Shown here piece after piece: positions 27,873-35,651 of a stretch of DNA of 64,000 nt. The stretch comes from an uncultured Acidimicrobiaceae bacterium (lineage in GTDB: Bacteria; Actinomycetota; Acidimicrobiia; Acidimicrobiales; RAAP-2). The stretch lies in the NCBI GenBank assembly GCA_963794145.1, contig CAWCCM010000001.1:62910-126909 (forward strand), given 5' to 3'. The notes beneath the pieces were generated by a model. That model worked only from the letters and a program-made list of their open reading frames with translations, ran no database searches and was not told the DNA's origin. The translations under genes and the position numbers were made by a program. How positions within the stretch are numbered: the first letter of the stretch is position 1; every line of letters begins with the position of its first letter.

Positions 27873-28301
27873 ATGACGGTAGGACCGGTCAGCTACACGG
27901 TGGTCGCCTTCCCGGGCAACAAGTTCAACGGGAACGTGGCGCCGGAGATCGAGAGGCTGGTGGGCAGCGGCCTGGTGCGCGTGCTCGACCTGGTGTTCGT
28001 CCTCAAGGACGAGCAGGGTGACACCGTGACCCTCGAGTTCGACCAGATGGACGAGCTCCACGCCTTCGGCGAGCTGGAGGGCGAGGTGGGGGGCCTCATC
28101 AACGAGGAGGACCTGGCGCACGTGGCCGGCCAGCTCCCGCCGGGGAACTCCGCCCTGGCCGTGGTGTGGGAGGACTTGTGGGCCAAGCCGCTGGTCGAGG
28201 CCGTCCAGGGCTCCGGCGGCGTGGTCATCGACTCGGCCCGTATCCCGGCCCAGCTGGTGGAGGACGCCCTCGAGGAGCTGGCGGCAGCCACCGAGAGTTA
28301 G
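27873..28301 (+). CDS. DUF6325-like cytoplasmic protein.
   Basis: RBS is ggaggaggg. The sequence is VSYTVVAFPGNKFNGNVAPEIERLVGSGLVRVLDLVFVLKDEQGDTVTLEFDQMDEL. The family name is from memory and needs an HMM check. Confidence 0.75.
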   Translation: MTVGPVSYTVVAFPGNKFNGNVAPEIERLVGSGLVRVLDLVFVLKDEQGDTVTLEFDQMDELHAFGELEGEVGGLINEEDLAHVAGQLPPGNSALAVVWEDLWAKPLVEAVQGSGGVVIDSARIPAQLVEDALEELAAATES

Positions 28302-28351
28302 ATCCGCACCACGTTCGAAGCACGAGAGAGACAGAGAGAAGGAGCACGACC

Positions 28352-28642
28352 ATGCCGTTGAGGAGACGTCCCGTCCTGCGGACGGTGGGCAGGACAGCAG
28401 TGATCGCGGGAACGGCGACCGCCGTGGCCGGCGGCGTCTCCCGCCACCAGCAGCAGAAGTACGCCCAGCAGGATGTCGCGGCCCAACCACAGCCCGCCGT
28501 CGAGCAGCAGGCCGCCCCGGCGGACGACTCCGATGACCTGATCAACAAGCTCAAGGAGCTGGCCACGCTCAAGGACCAGGGAATCCTGACCGAGGCCGAG
28601 TTCAACGACCAGAAGGCCAAGATCCTGGCTCAGATGTCCTGA
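28352..28642 (+). CDS. SHOCT-domain protein with an N-terminal hydrophobic segment.
   Basis: This is the internal ATG of ORF 28166..28642, preceded by gaaggag. The C-terminus is LINKLKELATLKDQGILTEAEFNDQKAKILAQMS. Confidence 0.8.
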   Translation: MPLRRRPVLRTVGRTAVIAGTATAVAGGVSRHQQQKYAQQDVAAQPQPAVEQQAAPADDSDDLINKLKELATLKDQGILTEAEFNDQKAKILAQMS

Positions 28643-28645
28643 GCC

Positions 28646-28680
28646 CCTGCCCGGGCGCCGCCTGGCCCGGGCGCCGGGTG
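28646..28680. terminator. GC-rich repeat/palindrome (gcccgggcgcc x2) between convergent genes. Possible bidirectional terminator.
   Basis: cccgggcgccgcctggcccgggcgccggg can form an imperfect stem of about 9 bp. There is no U-tract. Confidence 0.25.
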
Positions 28681-28697
28681 GCATCGGGTCCGCCGGG

Positions 28698-29939
28698 TCA
28701 CGACACCGAGATACGCACCTCCTCGTCGGGAACCACGTCGCGGCGCCACGCCGACCCGATGGGGTGCGATCGGTTCGGGATCATCCTGCGCAGGCGGTAG
28801 GAGGCCAGCAGCCGGCTCCCCTGCGTCACGTCGAGCCGGGGGTGGTCGAGGAAGACCCGGGTCCGGACCAGGACGGGCTCGTCCCCGTCGGGGTCCGGGC
28901 CGGCCAGGTTCGGGACGACCCAGCGCAACGGTTCTGCCGCGCGCACCCGGACCTGCGGCCCGATCACCGTCGTGTCCCCGCCGCGGCGCAGCCACGCCGC
29001 GGCGGCGCGGCCGACCGACATGGCCCGCCGGGCCGCCACGTCCGCCGTCTCGGCGGGGTGGGCGACGTTGCCCGCCACGAAGATCCCGGGGACCGTCGTG
29101 GCGCCGGCGGCCCCGCACGCCGGGCCGCCGGTGCCCGGGTCCACCGCGAGGCGGGCCAGCCGGGCCAGCTCGACGTCGGGGACGAAGTCCCCGCTGAACA
29201 CGATGGTGTCGACGGCGACGGCGCGCTCGACGCCCTCGGGCCCGCGGACCAGCACCCGCTCGACCCGCTCGCGCCCGGCCACACCGGTGACGGACGCGCC
29301 GGTCCACACCGGCACCCTGAGCCCGAGACGGGTGACGGCGTCGAAGAGCCGGAACGTCTGCGCGTGCGGGAGGTCGGTGACGAGCGCCACCGTGCGCACT
29401 CCGGCCTCGCGCAGTGTCAGCACGGCGGAGTACGAGACGTGCTCGGCACCCACGACCAGGGCACGGCTGCCGACGGGTAGGTGCCGGCGGTGCACCCACT
29501 GCTGGAGCTGGCCCGACGTGAAGACGCCTGCCGGCCGCGAGCCGGGAACCAGGCGGGCGGCCCGGGGGCGCTCCCGGGCCCCGGTGGCCAGCACGACGGC
29601 CCGGGCGTCGATGTGGAGCAGCCCGCCCGGGCCCGTGACCTCGGCCCGCCCCGGCCCCGCCCAACCGGTCACCATGGAGCGGGTCCGGATGTCCACACCG
29701 CCGGCCACGGCACGCTCCACCCACCGGCGCGCGTAGGCCGGCCCGCGCAGCACGCGCCGCAGGTCCCGTAGACCGAAGCCGGTGTGCTCGCAGAGCCGGG
29801 GCGTCCCGCCGGCCTCGTCCTCGCGGTCGACGACCAGCACCGTCCCCGCGCCGCCCGCCCGCAGCTCGGTGGCCGCGGCCAGGCCGGCGGGGCCCGCGCC
29901 GACGACCAGCGCGTCGACCGCCACGACGGTCCTGCTCAT
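28698..29939 (-). CDS. NAD(P)/FAD-dependent (pyridine-nucleotide-disulfide-type) oxidoreductase, the partner subunit of the GlpA-like dehydrogenase.
   Basis: ORF 28698..30344. The start MSRTVVAVDALVVGAGPAGLAAA (ATG 29939) overlaps the upstream stop as ATGA. A second dinucleotide fold is ALVVGAEHVSYSAV, and IFVAGNV is present. Confidence 0.85.
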   Translation of the reverse strand: MSRTVVAVDALVVGAGPAGLAAATELRAGGAGTVLVVDREDEAGGTPRLCEHTGFGLRDLRRVLRGPAYARRWVERAVAGGVDIRTRSMVTGWAGPGRAEVTGPGGLLHIDARAVVLATGARERPRAARLVPGSRPAGVFTSGQLQQWVHRRHLPVGSRALVVGAEHVSYSAVLTLREAGVRTVALVTDLPHAQTFRLFDAVTRLGLRVPVWTGASVTGVAGRERVERVLVRGPEGVERAVAVDTIVFSGDFVPDVELARLARLAVDPGTGGPACGAAGATTVPGIFVAGNVAHPAETADVAARRAMSVGRAAAAWLRRGGDTTVIGPQVRVRAAEPLRWVVPNLAGPDPDGDEPVLVRTRVFLDHPRLDVTQGSRLLASYRLRRMIPNRSHPIGSAWRRDVVPDEEVRISVS

Positions 29940-31351
29940 GCCCGCACCGTGCCTCCACCGTCGAACTCCACACGCGACGCCAGTCGGGCCGCCAGGGTGG
30001 CACCGCAGTAGAAGCCCTGGCAGCGTCCGTTGCCCGCCCGGGTGCGGCGCCGAACGCCGCCGAGGTCCACGGCGGGGACCGTTGAGATGAGCGCGTCGCG
30101 CACCTCGCCGTCGGTGACCCGCTCGCAGAAGCACACGATGTGGCCGTAGGCCGGGTCGCCCGCCATCTTGCCGGCGTCCGCGAAGGGGCGCGTGGCGCGC
30201 TCGCCGAGCTCGGGCATGTGGGGGACGGGCGGCTCGCGGTCGGCCTCGGCCAGCGGGAGCCCGGCCGCGCCCATCTGGGCGACGACGTGCTCGGCGATGG
30301 CGAGCGACGCCGTGAGGCCGGTGGAGCGGATCCCGCCGACGCACGCGTAGCGCTCCTCGTCGTACACGGTGATCTGGTAGTCCCGGTGCTCGGTGGCGGC
30401 GCGCACGCCCGCGTAGGTCGCCGTCACCTCCTCGTGCAGCAGGTCGGGCATGATCCGGCGGCCGGCGTCGAGGAGGGCGGCGAGGCCCTCGGCCGTGGTG
30501 GCGGTGTCATCGGGATCGTCGATGTCCTCGGCCGTCGGGCCCAGCAGCACGTTGCCGTAGACCGTCGGCGCCACCAGGACGCCCTTCGTCCGCTCCGACG
30601 GCACCGGGAGCACAATCGACGACACGAGCGTCCGCGCCAGCTTGTCGAAGACCACGAGCTGTCCGCGCCGTGGTGCGACCGCGAACTCGTCGTGGCCGAA
30701 CCGACGGTCGAGGTGGTCGGCACGCAGGCCGGCCGCGTTGACCACCCAGCCCGCGCGCACCGGGCCTGTGGTCGTGTGTAGGAGCCAGGCGCCGTTGTGG
30801 CGGGCCACGTCGGTCACCGTCGTGCGCAGCCGGAGCTCGACGCCGGCACCGACCGCCTCGGTGGCGAAGGCGATGCTGGTGCTCCACGGGCAGATGATCG
30901 ACTCGTCGGGGACGGCCACGGCGCCCGTCGCGCCGGGCGCGAGATGCGGCTCGAGCCGGTAGAGCTCCTCGAGCGGGATCCGACCGGCACGCTCGTACCC
31001 GTTGGCCCGGGACTTGGCCACGACATCGTCGAGCCGCGACGCCTGTTCGGTGTCCCAGGCCACCAGGACGGCGCCCGTCTGCTCGAGGGCGATGCCCGAT
31101 GCCCGGACGTAGGCGGTGAGCAACGCGTGGCCGCGTCGCACCAGCGAAGACTCGAGGCTCCCGGGCTGCGTGTCGAACCCGGTGTGGACGATGGCGGTGT
31201 TGGCCTTCGAGGTCCCGGTGCCGACGTCGTTGGCGCGCTCGAGCACCACGGTGCGCAGCCGGTAGCGCGCCAACTGGCGCGCGATGGCGGTGCCCACCAC
31301 GCCGGCGCCCACGACGGCGACGTCGTATGTGCGGGCGTCTTCGCCGCTCAT
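29936..31351 (-). CDS. FAD-dependent glycerol-3-phosphate dehydrogenase/oxidase-like protein (GlpA/LhgO family) with a C-terminal BFD-like [2Fe-2S] motif.
   Basis: It lies inside ORF 29936..32503. The start MSGEDARTYDVAVVGAGVVGTAIARQLA (ATG 31351) overlaps the glpK-like stop as ATGA. The C-terminal Cys cluster is CFCERVTDGEVRDA...GNGRCQGFYC. Confidence 0.85.
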   Translation of the reverse strand: MSGEDARTYDVAVVGAGVVGTAIARQLARYRLRTVVLERANDVGTGTSKANTAIVHTGFDTQPGSLESSLVRRGHALLTAYVRASGIALEQTGAVLVAWDTEQASRLDDVVAKSRANGYERAGRIPLEELYRLEPHLAPGATGAVAVPDESIICPWSTSIAFATEAVGAGVELRLRTTVTDVARHNGAWLLHTTTGPVRAGWVVNAAGLRADHLDRRFGHDEFAVAPRRGQLVVFDKLARTLVSSIVLPVPSERTKGVLVAPTVYGNVLLGPTAEDIDDPDDTATTAEGLAALLDAGRRIMPDLLHEEVTATYAGVRAATEHRDYQITVYDEERYACVGGIRSTGLTASLAIAEHVVAQMGAAGLPLAEADREPPVPHMPELGERATRPFADAGKMAGDPAYGHIVCFCERVTDGEVRDALISTVPAVDLGGVRRRTRAGNGRCQGFYCGATLAARLASRVEFDGGGTVRA

Positions 31352-32790
31352 GGCGCGGGTGCGTGCGGCGCGTCCGCCGCCCTCGTCACGGCGCGCTCGA
31401 AGCGCGCCAGACGCCCGGCGGCGTCGTCCGCCGTGCTGGCCGGCTCGAAGCGCGTGCGTGCGTCGACGCGTCGGACCACGTCGTCGAGCGTGTGCCCCGA
31501 TCCGGCCCCGAGCCGGGCCAGTGCCCCCACGCCGGCCGCAGTCGCGTGCGGCGAGGGTGCGACCTCGACCGGAGCCTGGAGCAGGTCGGCCTGGGCCTGC
31601 ATGAGCACCCGCGAGCGGGTCAGACCGCCGTCGACCCGCAGCAGCGCCAGCGGGCGGCCGAGGTCGGCCGCGGCGGCGCGGGCCAGCAGGGTCACCTGCG
31701 CCGCCAGCCCGTCGACGGTGGCCCGCACCACATGGGCCGGTTCGGTGGCGGGACCGATCCCCTCGATCGCGGCCAGGGCATCGGGTCGCCACCACGGGGC
31801 TCCCAGGCCGGTGAGGGAGGGGACCACGGTGACGCCTCCGCTGTCGTCCACCGAGCCCGCCACCGCGTCGAGGTCCTCGGCGCGGCGGAGGAACCCCCAG
31901 CGCTGGAGCCAGGCGACGGCGGCCCCGGCGGCATAGACCTGGCCGTCGACGCAGTAGGCGGCACGCGCGCCGTGCTGCCAGGCCACCGAGACGGCCAGGC
32001 CGGCGGTGGAGGCGACCGGGTGCGGTCCCGCGTTGGCCAACAAGAACGCCCCCGTGCCGTAGGTGCACTTGGACTCGCCGGGCTCCAGGCAGTGCTGCCC
32101 GACCAATGCCGCCTGCTGGTCCACGCTGAGTCCGCACACCGGGAGCGACGGCCCGAACGCGTCGGTGCGGCCGATCTCGGTCGCGCAGTCGGCGACCGCG
32201 GGGAGATCGGTCGCGTCGAGGCCGAAGGCGGCGCAGGCCTCCTCCGACCAGGTACGCCGTGCGAGGTCGAGCAGCAGCGTTCTCGAAGCGGTCGTGACGT
32301 CGGTGACGTAGGCGCCCGTGAGGCGGTGCAGGAGCCAGGTGTCGCTGGTAGTGACCACGCCGTCGGCGGTCACGTTGCGTCGCAGCCAGGTCATCTTGGG
32401 CGCCGCGAAGTAGGGGTCGAGCGGAAGCCCGGTCGCACGGGTGAGCCACTCGGCCTCCTGCGCCATGTCGGCGCAGATGCCCGCGGCGCGCCGGTCCTGC
32501 CACGAGATGGCCGTGCTCAAGGGCCGGCCCGTGCCGCGGTCCCAGGCCAGCACCGTCTCACCCTGGTTGGCGAAGCCGACGGCCGCCACCGGCCCGCCCA
32601 CCTGTTCCAGGGCCTCGCTCCCGGCACGGCAGACCGAGTCCCACAGCTCCCCGGGGTCCTGCTCCACGCCCCCGCCCGGGACGGCGCGCGGTGACACGGC
32701 GGTCTCGACCGAGGCGAGGACCTCGCCCTCGTCGCCGAAGACCACCGCTTTCGTCGCCGAGGTCCCCTGGTCGAGGGCGAGAACTCGCAT
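31348..32790 (-). CDS. glpK: FGGY-family carbohydrate kinase, glycerol-kinase-like.
   Basis: The 480-aa sequence begins MRVLALDQGTSATKAVVF and contains GFANQGETVLAWD, DPYFAAPKMTWL, CTYGTGAF and LRVDGGLTRS. Confidence 0.85.
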   Translation of the reverse strand: MRVLALDQGTSATKAVVFGDEGEVLASVETAVSPRAVPGGGVEQDPGELWDSVCRAGSEALEQVGGPVAAVGFANQGETVLAWDRGTGRPLSTAISWQDRRAAGICADMAQEAEWLTRATGLPLDPYFAAPKMTWLRRNVTADGVVTTSDTWLLHRLTGAYVTDVTTASRTLLLDLARRTWSEEACAAFGLDATDLPAVADCATEIGRTDAFGPSLPVCGLSVDQQAALVGQHCLEPGESKCTYGTGAFLLANAGPHPVASTAGLAVSVAWQHGARAAYCVDGQVYAAGAAVAWLQRWGFLRRAEDLDAVAGSVDDSGGVTVVPSLTGLGAPWWRPDALAAIEGIGPATEPAHVVRATVDGLAAQVTLLARAAAADLGRPLALLRVDGGLTRSRVLMQAQADLLQAPVEVAPSPHATAAGVGALARLGAGSGHTLDDVVRRVDARTRFEPASTADDAAGRLARFERAVTRAADAPHAPAP

Positions 32791-32890
32791 GCGGGGACAT
32801 TGTGCCAGCGGGGACCCGTGCCGGCCGAGCCGGCGGACGCGCCGAATTCCGTCGCGGGGAGGACACGTTCGAACCCCGGGAACTCTTCAC

Positions 32891-32916
32891 ATTCCCGTCA
32901 AGTCAGATTCCCGTCA
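32891..32916. promoter_or_regulatory. Direct repeat ATTCCCGTCA-N6-ATTCCCGTCA in the divergent glpK-like/permease intergenic region. Candidate operator.
   Basis: Two perfect 10-bp copies at 32891-32900 and 32907-32916, in the least GC-rich part of the 215-bp intergenic region. Confidence 0.35.
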
Positions 32917-33005
32917 CGCGGCGACTCGGCTTGCTATCGTGCCGGCAACATCGCAACACCCGCTGCGATCCCGCTCCCGGGGCCGCCGAGGAAGGGGGTC
33001 AGCAC

Positions 33006-34640
33006 GTGCCTGAAGGTGTCTTCGAGGAGGGCGGCCATCTTGTCCCGGAGGGGCATCACGTCGCGACCCTGAGCGCGGACGAGAAGCACCTGGCCAGCCT
33101 GGGCTACAAGCAGGAGCTGAGCCGGAGCTGGTCGGGCTTCTCCAACTTCGCCATCAGCTTCTCGATCATCTCGATCCTGGCTGGTTGCTTCACCACGTTC
33201 TCGAGCGGATGGAACGGCGGCGGCCCGGCAGCCATTGCCTGGGGGTGGCCGGTGCTGGCCGCCCTCGTGCTCTGCATCGGCCTCTGCCTGTCCGAGCTCG
33301 TCTCGGCGTTCCCGACGTCGGGCGGTATCTACTGGTGGGCCTCCAAGCTCGGCGGCGTGAAGGCCGGGTACTACACCGGCTGGCTGAACCTGATCGGCCT
33401 GCTGGCCATCGTCGCCTCGGTCGCCTACGGCTGCGCCACCTTCCTCGACCTGACGCTGGGCTTCTTCTCCACCAGCTGGCACTCGGGCAGCCTCCACACG
33501 ATCTTCCTGTTCTTCCTCGGGATCCTCGTCCTTGCCGCTCTGGCCAACATCTTCTCGAGCCACCTGCTCTCGATCTTCAACAACGTCTCGGTGTGGTGGC
33601 ACGTGCTGGGTGCGCTGGCCATCATCTTGATCCTGATCTTCCTGCCCCATCACCACGCCAGTGCCAGCATGGTGTTCACCTCGACCGTCAACAACACCGG
33701 CTTCTTCGGCGGGGCGACGCACGGGGCTGGCTTCATCTTCATCATCCTGCCCATCGGCGCCCTGCTGACCCAGTACACGATCACCGGCTACGACGCCTCG
33801 GCCCACCTGTCGGAAGAGACGCACGAGGCAGCCGACTCGGCGGCCAAGGGCATCTGGCGGTCGATCTTCTACTCGGCCATCGGCGGCTGGCTCCTCTTGC
33901 TCGCCTTCCTCTTCGCCGTGCAGAACGAGGGCGACGTGACCAAGGGCGGCGGCGGCGTGGCCCTGATCTTCTCCCAGGCCCTCACGTCGCACTGGGGGGC
34001 CACCGTCCTCTTGATCTCGACGGTCGGCCAGTTCTTCTGCACCATGGCCTGCATGACGAGCTGCTCGCGCATGCTCTTCGCCTTCAGCCGCGACGGGGCG
34101 GTCCCGGGTGCCAAGACCTGGTCCAAGCTCAGTGCCAAGCGGGTGCCGGTCGCCGGCGTGATCCTGGTCGCGGTGGTCTCGCTCATCCTCACGGCGCCGG
34201 CACTGATCCCCGTCGACGTCAACGGCGCGCCCTCGCCGGTCGCCTTCTTCGCCGTGGTCTCGATCGGCGTCATCGGCCTCTACTGGGCCTTCGCCGTGCC
34301 GATCTGGCACCGGTGGCGCAAGGGCGACGATTTCGAGACCGGCCACTGGAACCTCGGCGCCAAGTACAAGTGGCTCTCCGTGATCGCCCTGATCGATGTC
34401 GTCATCATCACGTGGATGGCCTTCATGCCCACCTCGAACCTGGGCGTGCCGTGGACCACCGGCTTCTCCATGAAGTACGTGAACTACACCATCCTCGTCT
34501 TCCCGGCCTTCCTCATCTTCCTGTGGATCTACTGGCACGCGTCGGTCAAGAACTGGTTCACCGGTCCCAAGCAGACGATCGAGGAGGAGACCGTCGAGCT
34601 GCTGGGGGGCCAGGACTACCCCGCTTCGTCGCTGCCCTGA
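33006..34640 (+). CDS. APC-superfamily amino acid/amine permease.
   Basis: ORF 32691..34640, with a GTG at 33006 following gaaggggg. It has 12 or more TM segments and the motif ELVSAFPTSGGIYWWASKLGG. Confidence 0.85.
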   Translation: MPEGVFEEGGHLVPEGHHVATLSADEKHLASLGYKQELSRSWSGFSNFAISFSIISILAGCFTTFSSGWNGGGPAAIAWGWPVLAALVLCIGLCLSELVSAFPTSGGIYWWASKLGGVKAGYYTGWLNLIGLLAIVASVAYGCATFLDLTLGFFSTSWHSGSLHTIFLFFLGILVLAALANIFSSHLLSIFNNVSVWWHVLGALAIILILIFLPHHHASASMVFTSTVNNTGFFGGATHGAGFIFIILPIGALLTQYTITGYDASAHLSEETHEAADSAAKGIWRSIFYSAIGGWLLLLAFLFAVQNEGDVTKGGGGVALIFSQALTSHWGATVLLISTVGQFFCTMACMTSCSRMLFAFSRDGAVPGAKTWSKLSAKRVPVAGVILVAVVSLILTAPALIPVDVNGAPSPVAFFAVVSIGVIGLYWAFAVPIWHRWRKGDDFETGHWNLGAKYKWLSVIALIDVVIITWMAFMPTSNLGVPWTTGFSMKYVNYTILVFPAFLIFLWIYWHASVKNWFTGPKQTIEEETVELLGGQDYPASSLP

Positions 34641-34662
34641 CCGGGCCCGCCGGCGGCACACG

Positions 34663-35616
34663 GTGAGCGCCGGCGAGGCGGCCGGCGCCGCCGACGCCGG
34701 GCCGGACCACGGGCTCGACCCCGCCCTGGTCGAACGGGTGGCCGCCCTGCAGGGCCGCCCGCGCACCGTCGAGCTCCTGCCCGGAGGCCTGACCAACCGG
34801 AACTACAAGATCACCACGCCCGACGGTGCCTACGTGCTGCGGCACTCGACGCCGTCGTCGGCCGACGAGCTGGCCGTCGACCGTCGGGCCGAGCACGAGA
34901 ACAGCGCCCGCGCCGCCGCCGCCGGTGTCGGTGCGCCGGTGATCGACTTCCTGCCCGACGACGGCGTCCTTGTCGTGGGCTTCCTCGAGGGCGAGTCGCT
35001 GACCGATGCGCACCTGCAGCGGCCCGGTGTCCTGCCCCGTGTGGCCGAGGCGTGCCGCCGGCTTCACCGCGGCGAGCCGTTCGTGAACCGCTTCGACATG
35101 TTCGAGGTCCAGGCCGACTACCTGGCGCGCGTCCAGCATCGGGGCTTCCGGCTCCCCCCGCGCTACCTCGACCATGCCGACGCGGTCGGACGCATCCGGG
35201 CCGCTCTGGCCGTGCGGCCCGTCGCCCCCGTGCCGTGTAACAACGACCTCCTGGCAGCCAACTTCATCGACGACGGCCGGGCGGTGTGGATCATCGACTA
35301 CGAGTACTCGGGCAACAACGATCCCTACTTCGAGCTCGGCAACATCTGGAGCGAGTGCCACCTCAGCGTCGACCAGCTCGGGGAGCTCGTCCGCACCTAC
35401 GACGGCGCACCCTCGCGCAGCCACCTGGCCCGGGCGCGCCTGTGGGGCCTGATGTCCCAGTACGGCTGGACGCTGTGGGCCTCCATCCAGGACGCCACCA
35501 GCGCCATCGACTTCGACTTCTGGGGCTGGGGGATGGAGAAGTACGAGCGGGCCGAGGCCACCTTCGGCGGGCCCGACCTCGAGCGCCTCCTGGCCGACGC
35601 GGCCCGGGCAGACTGA
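34663..35616 (+). CDS. Choline/ethanolamine-kinase-family phosphotransferase (APH fold).
   Basis: Motifs are LLPGGLTNRNYKITTPDGAYVLR, the Brenner-like CNNDLLAANFI, and WIIDYEYSGNNDPYFELGN. Confidence 0.85.
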   Translation: MSAGEAAGAADAGPDHGLDPALVERVAALQGRPRTVELLPGGLTNRNYKITTPDGAYVLRHSTPSSADELAVDRRAEHENSARAAAAGVGAPVIDFLPDDGVLVVGFLEGESLTDAHLQRPGVLPRVAEACRRLHRGEPFVNRFDMFEVQADYLARVQHRGFRLPPRYLDHADAVGRIRAALAVRPVAPVPCNNDLLAANFIDDGRAVWIIDYEYSGNNDPYFELGNIWSECHLSVDQLGELVRTYDGAPSRSHLARARLWGLMSQYGWTLWASIQDATSAIDFDFWGWGMEKYERAEATFGGPDLERLLADAARAD

Positions 35617-35630
35617 GCGCCGGCCCGTCG

Positions 35631-35650
35631 AGGGAGGCCGAGGGAGGCCG
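35631..35650 (+). repeat. Tandem 10-bp duplication agggaggccg x2, giving a duplicated Shine-Dalgarno-like element directly upstream of the 35652 ATG.
   Basis: Read directly from the sequence. Confidence 0.8.
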
Positions 35651-35651
35651 A

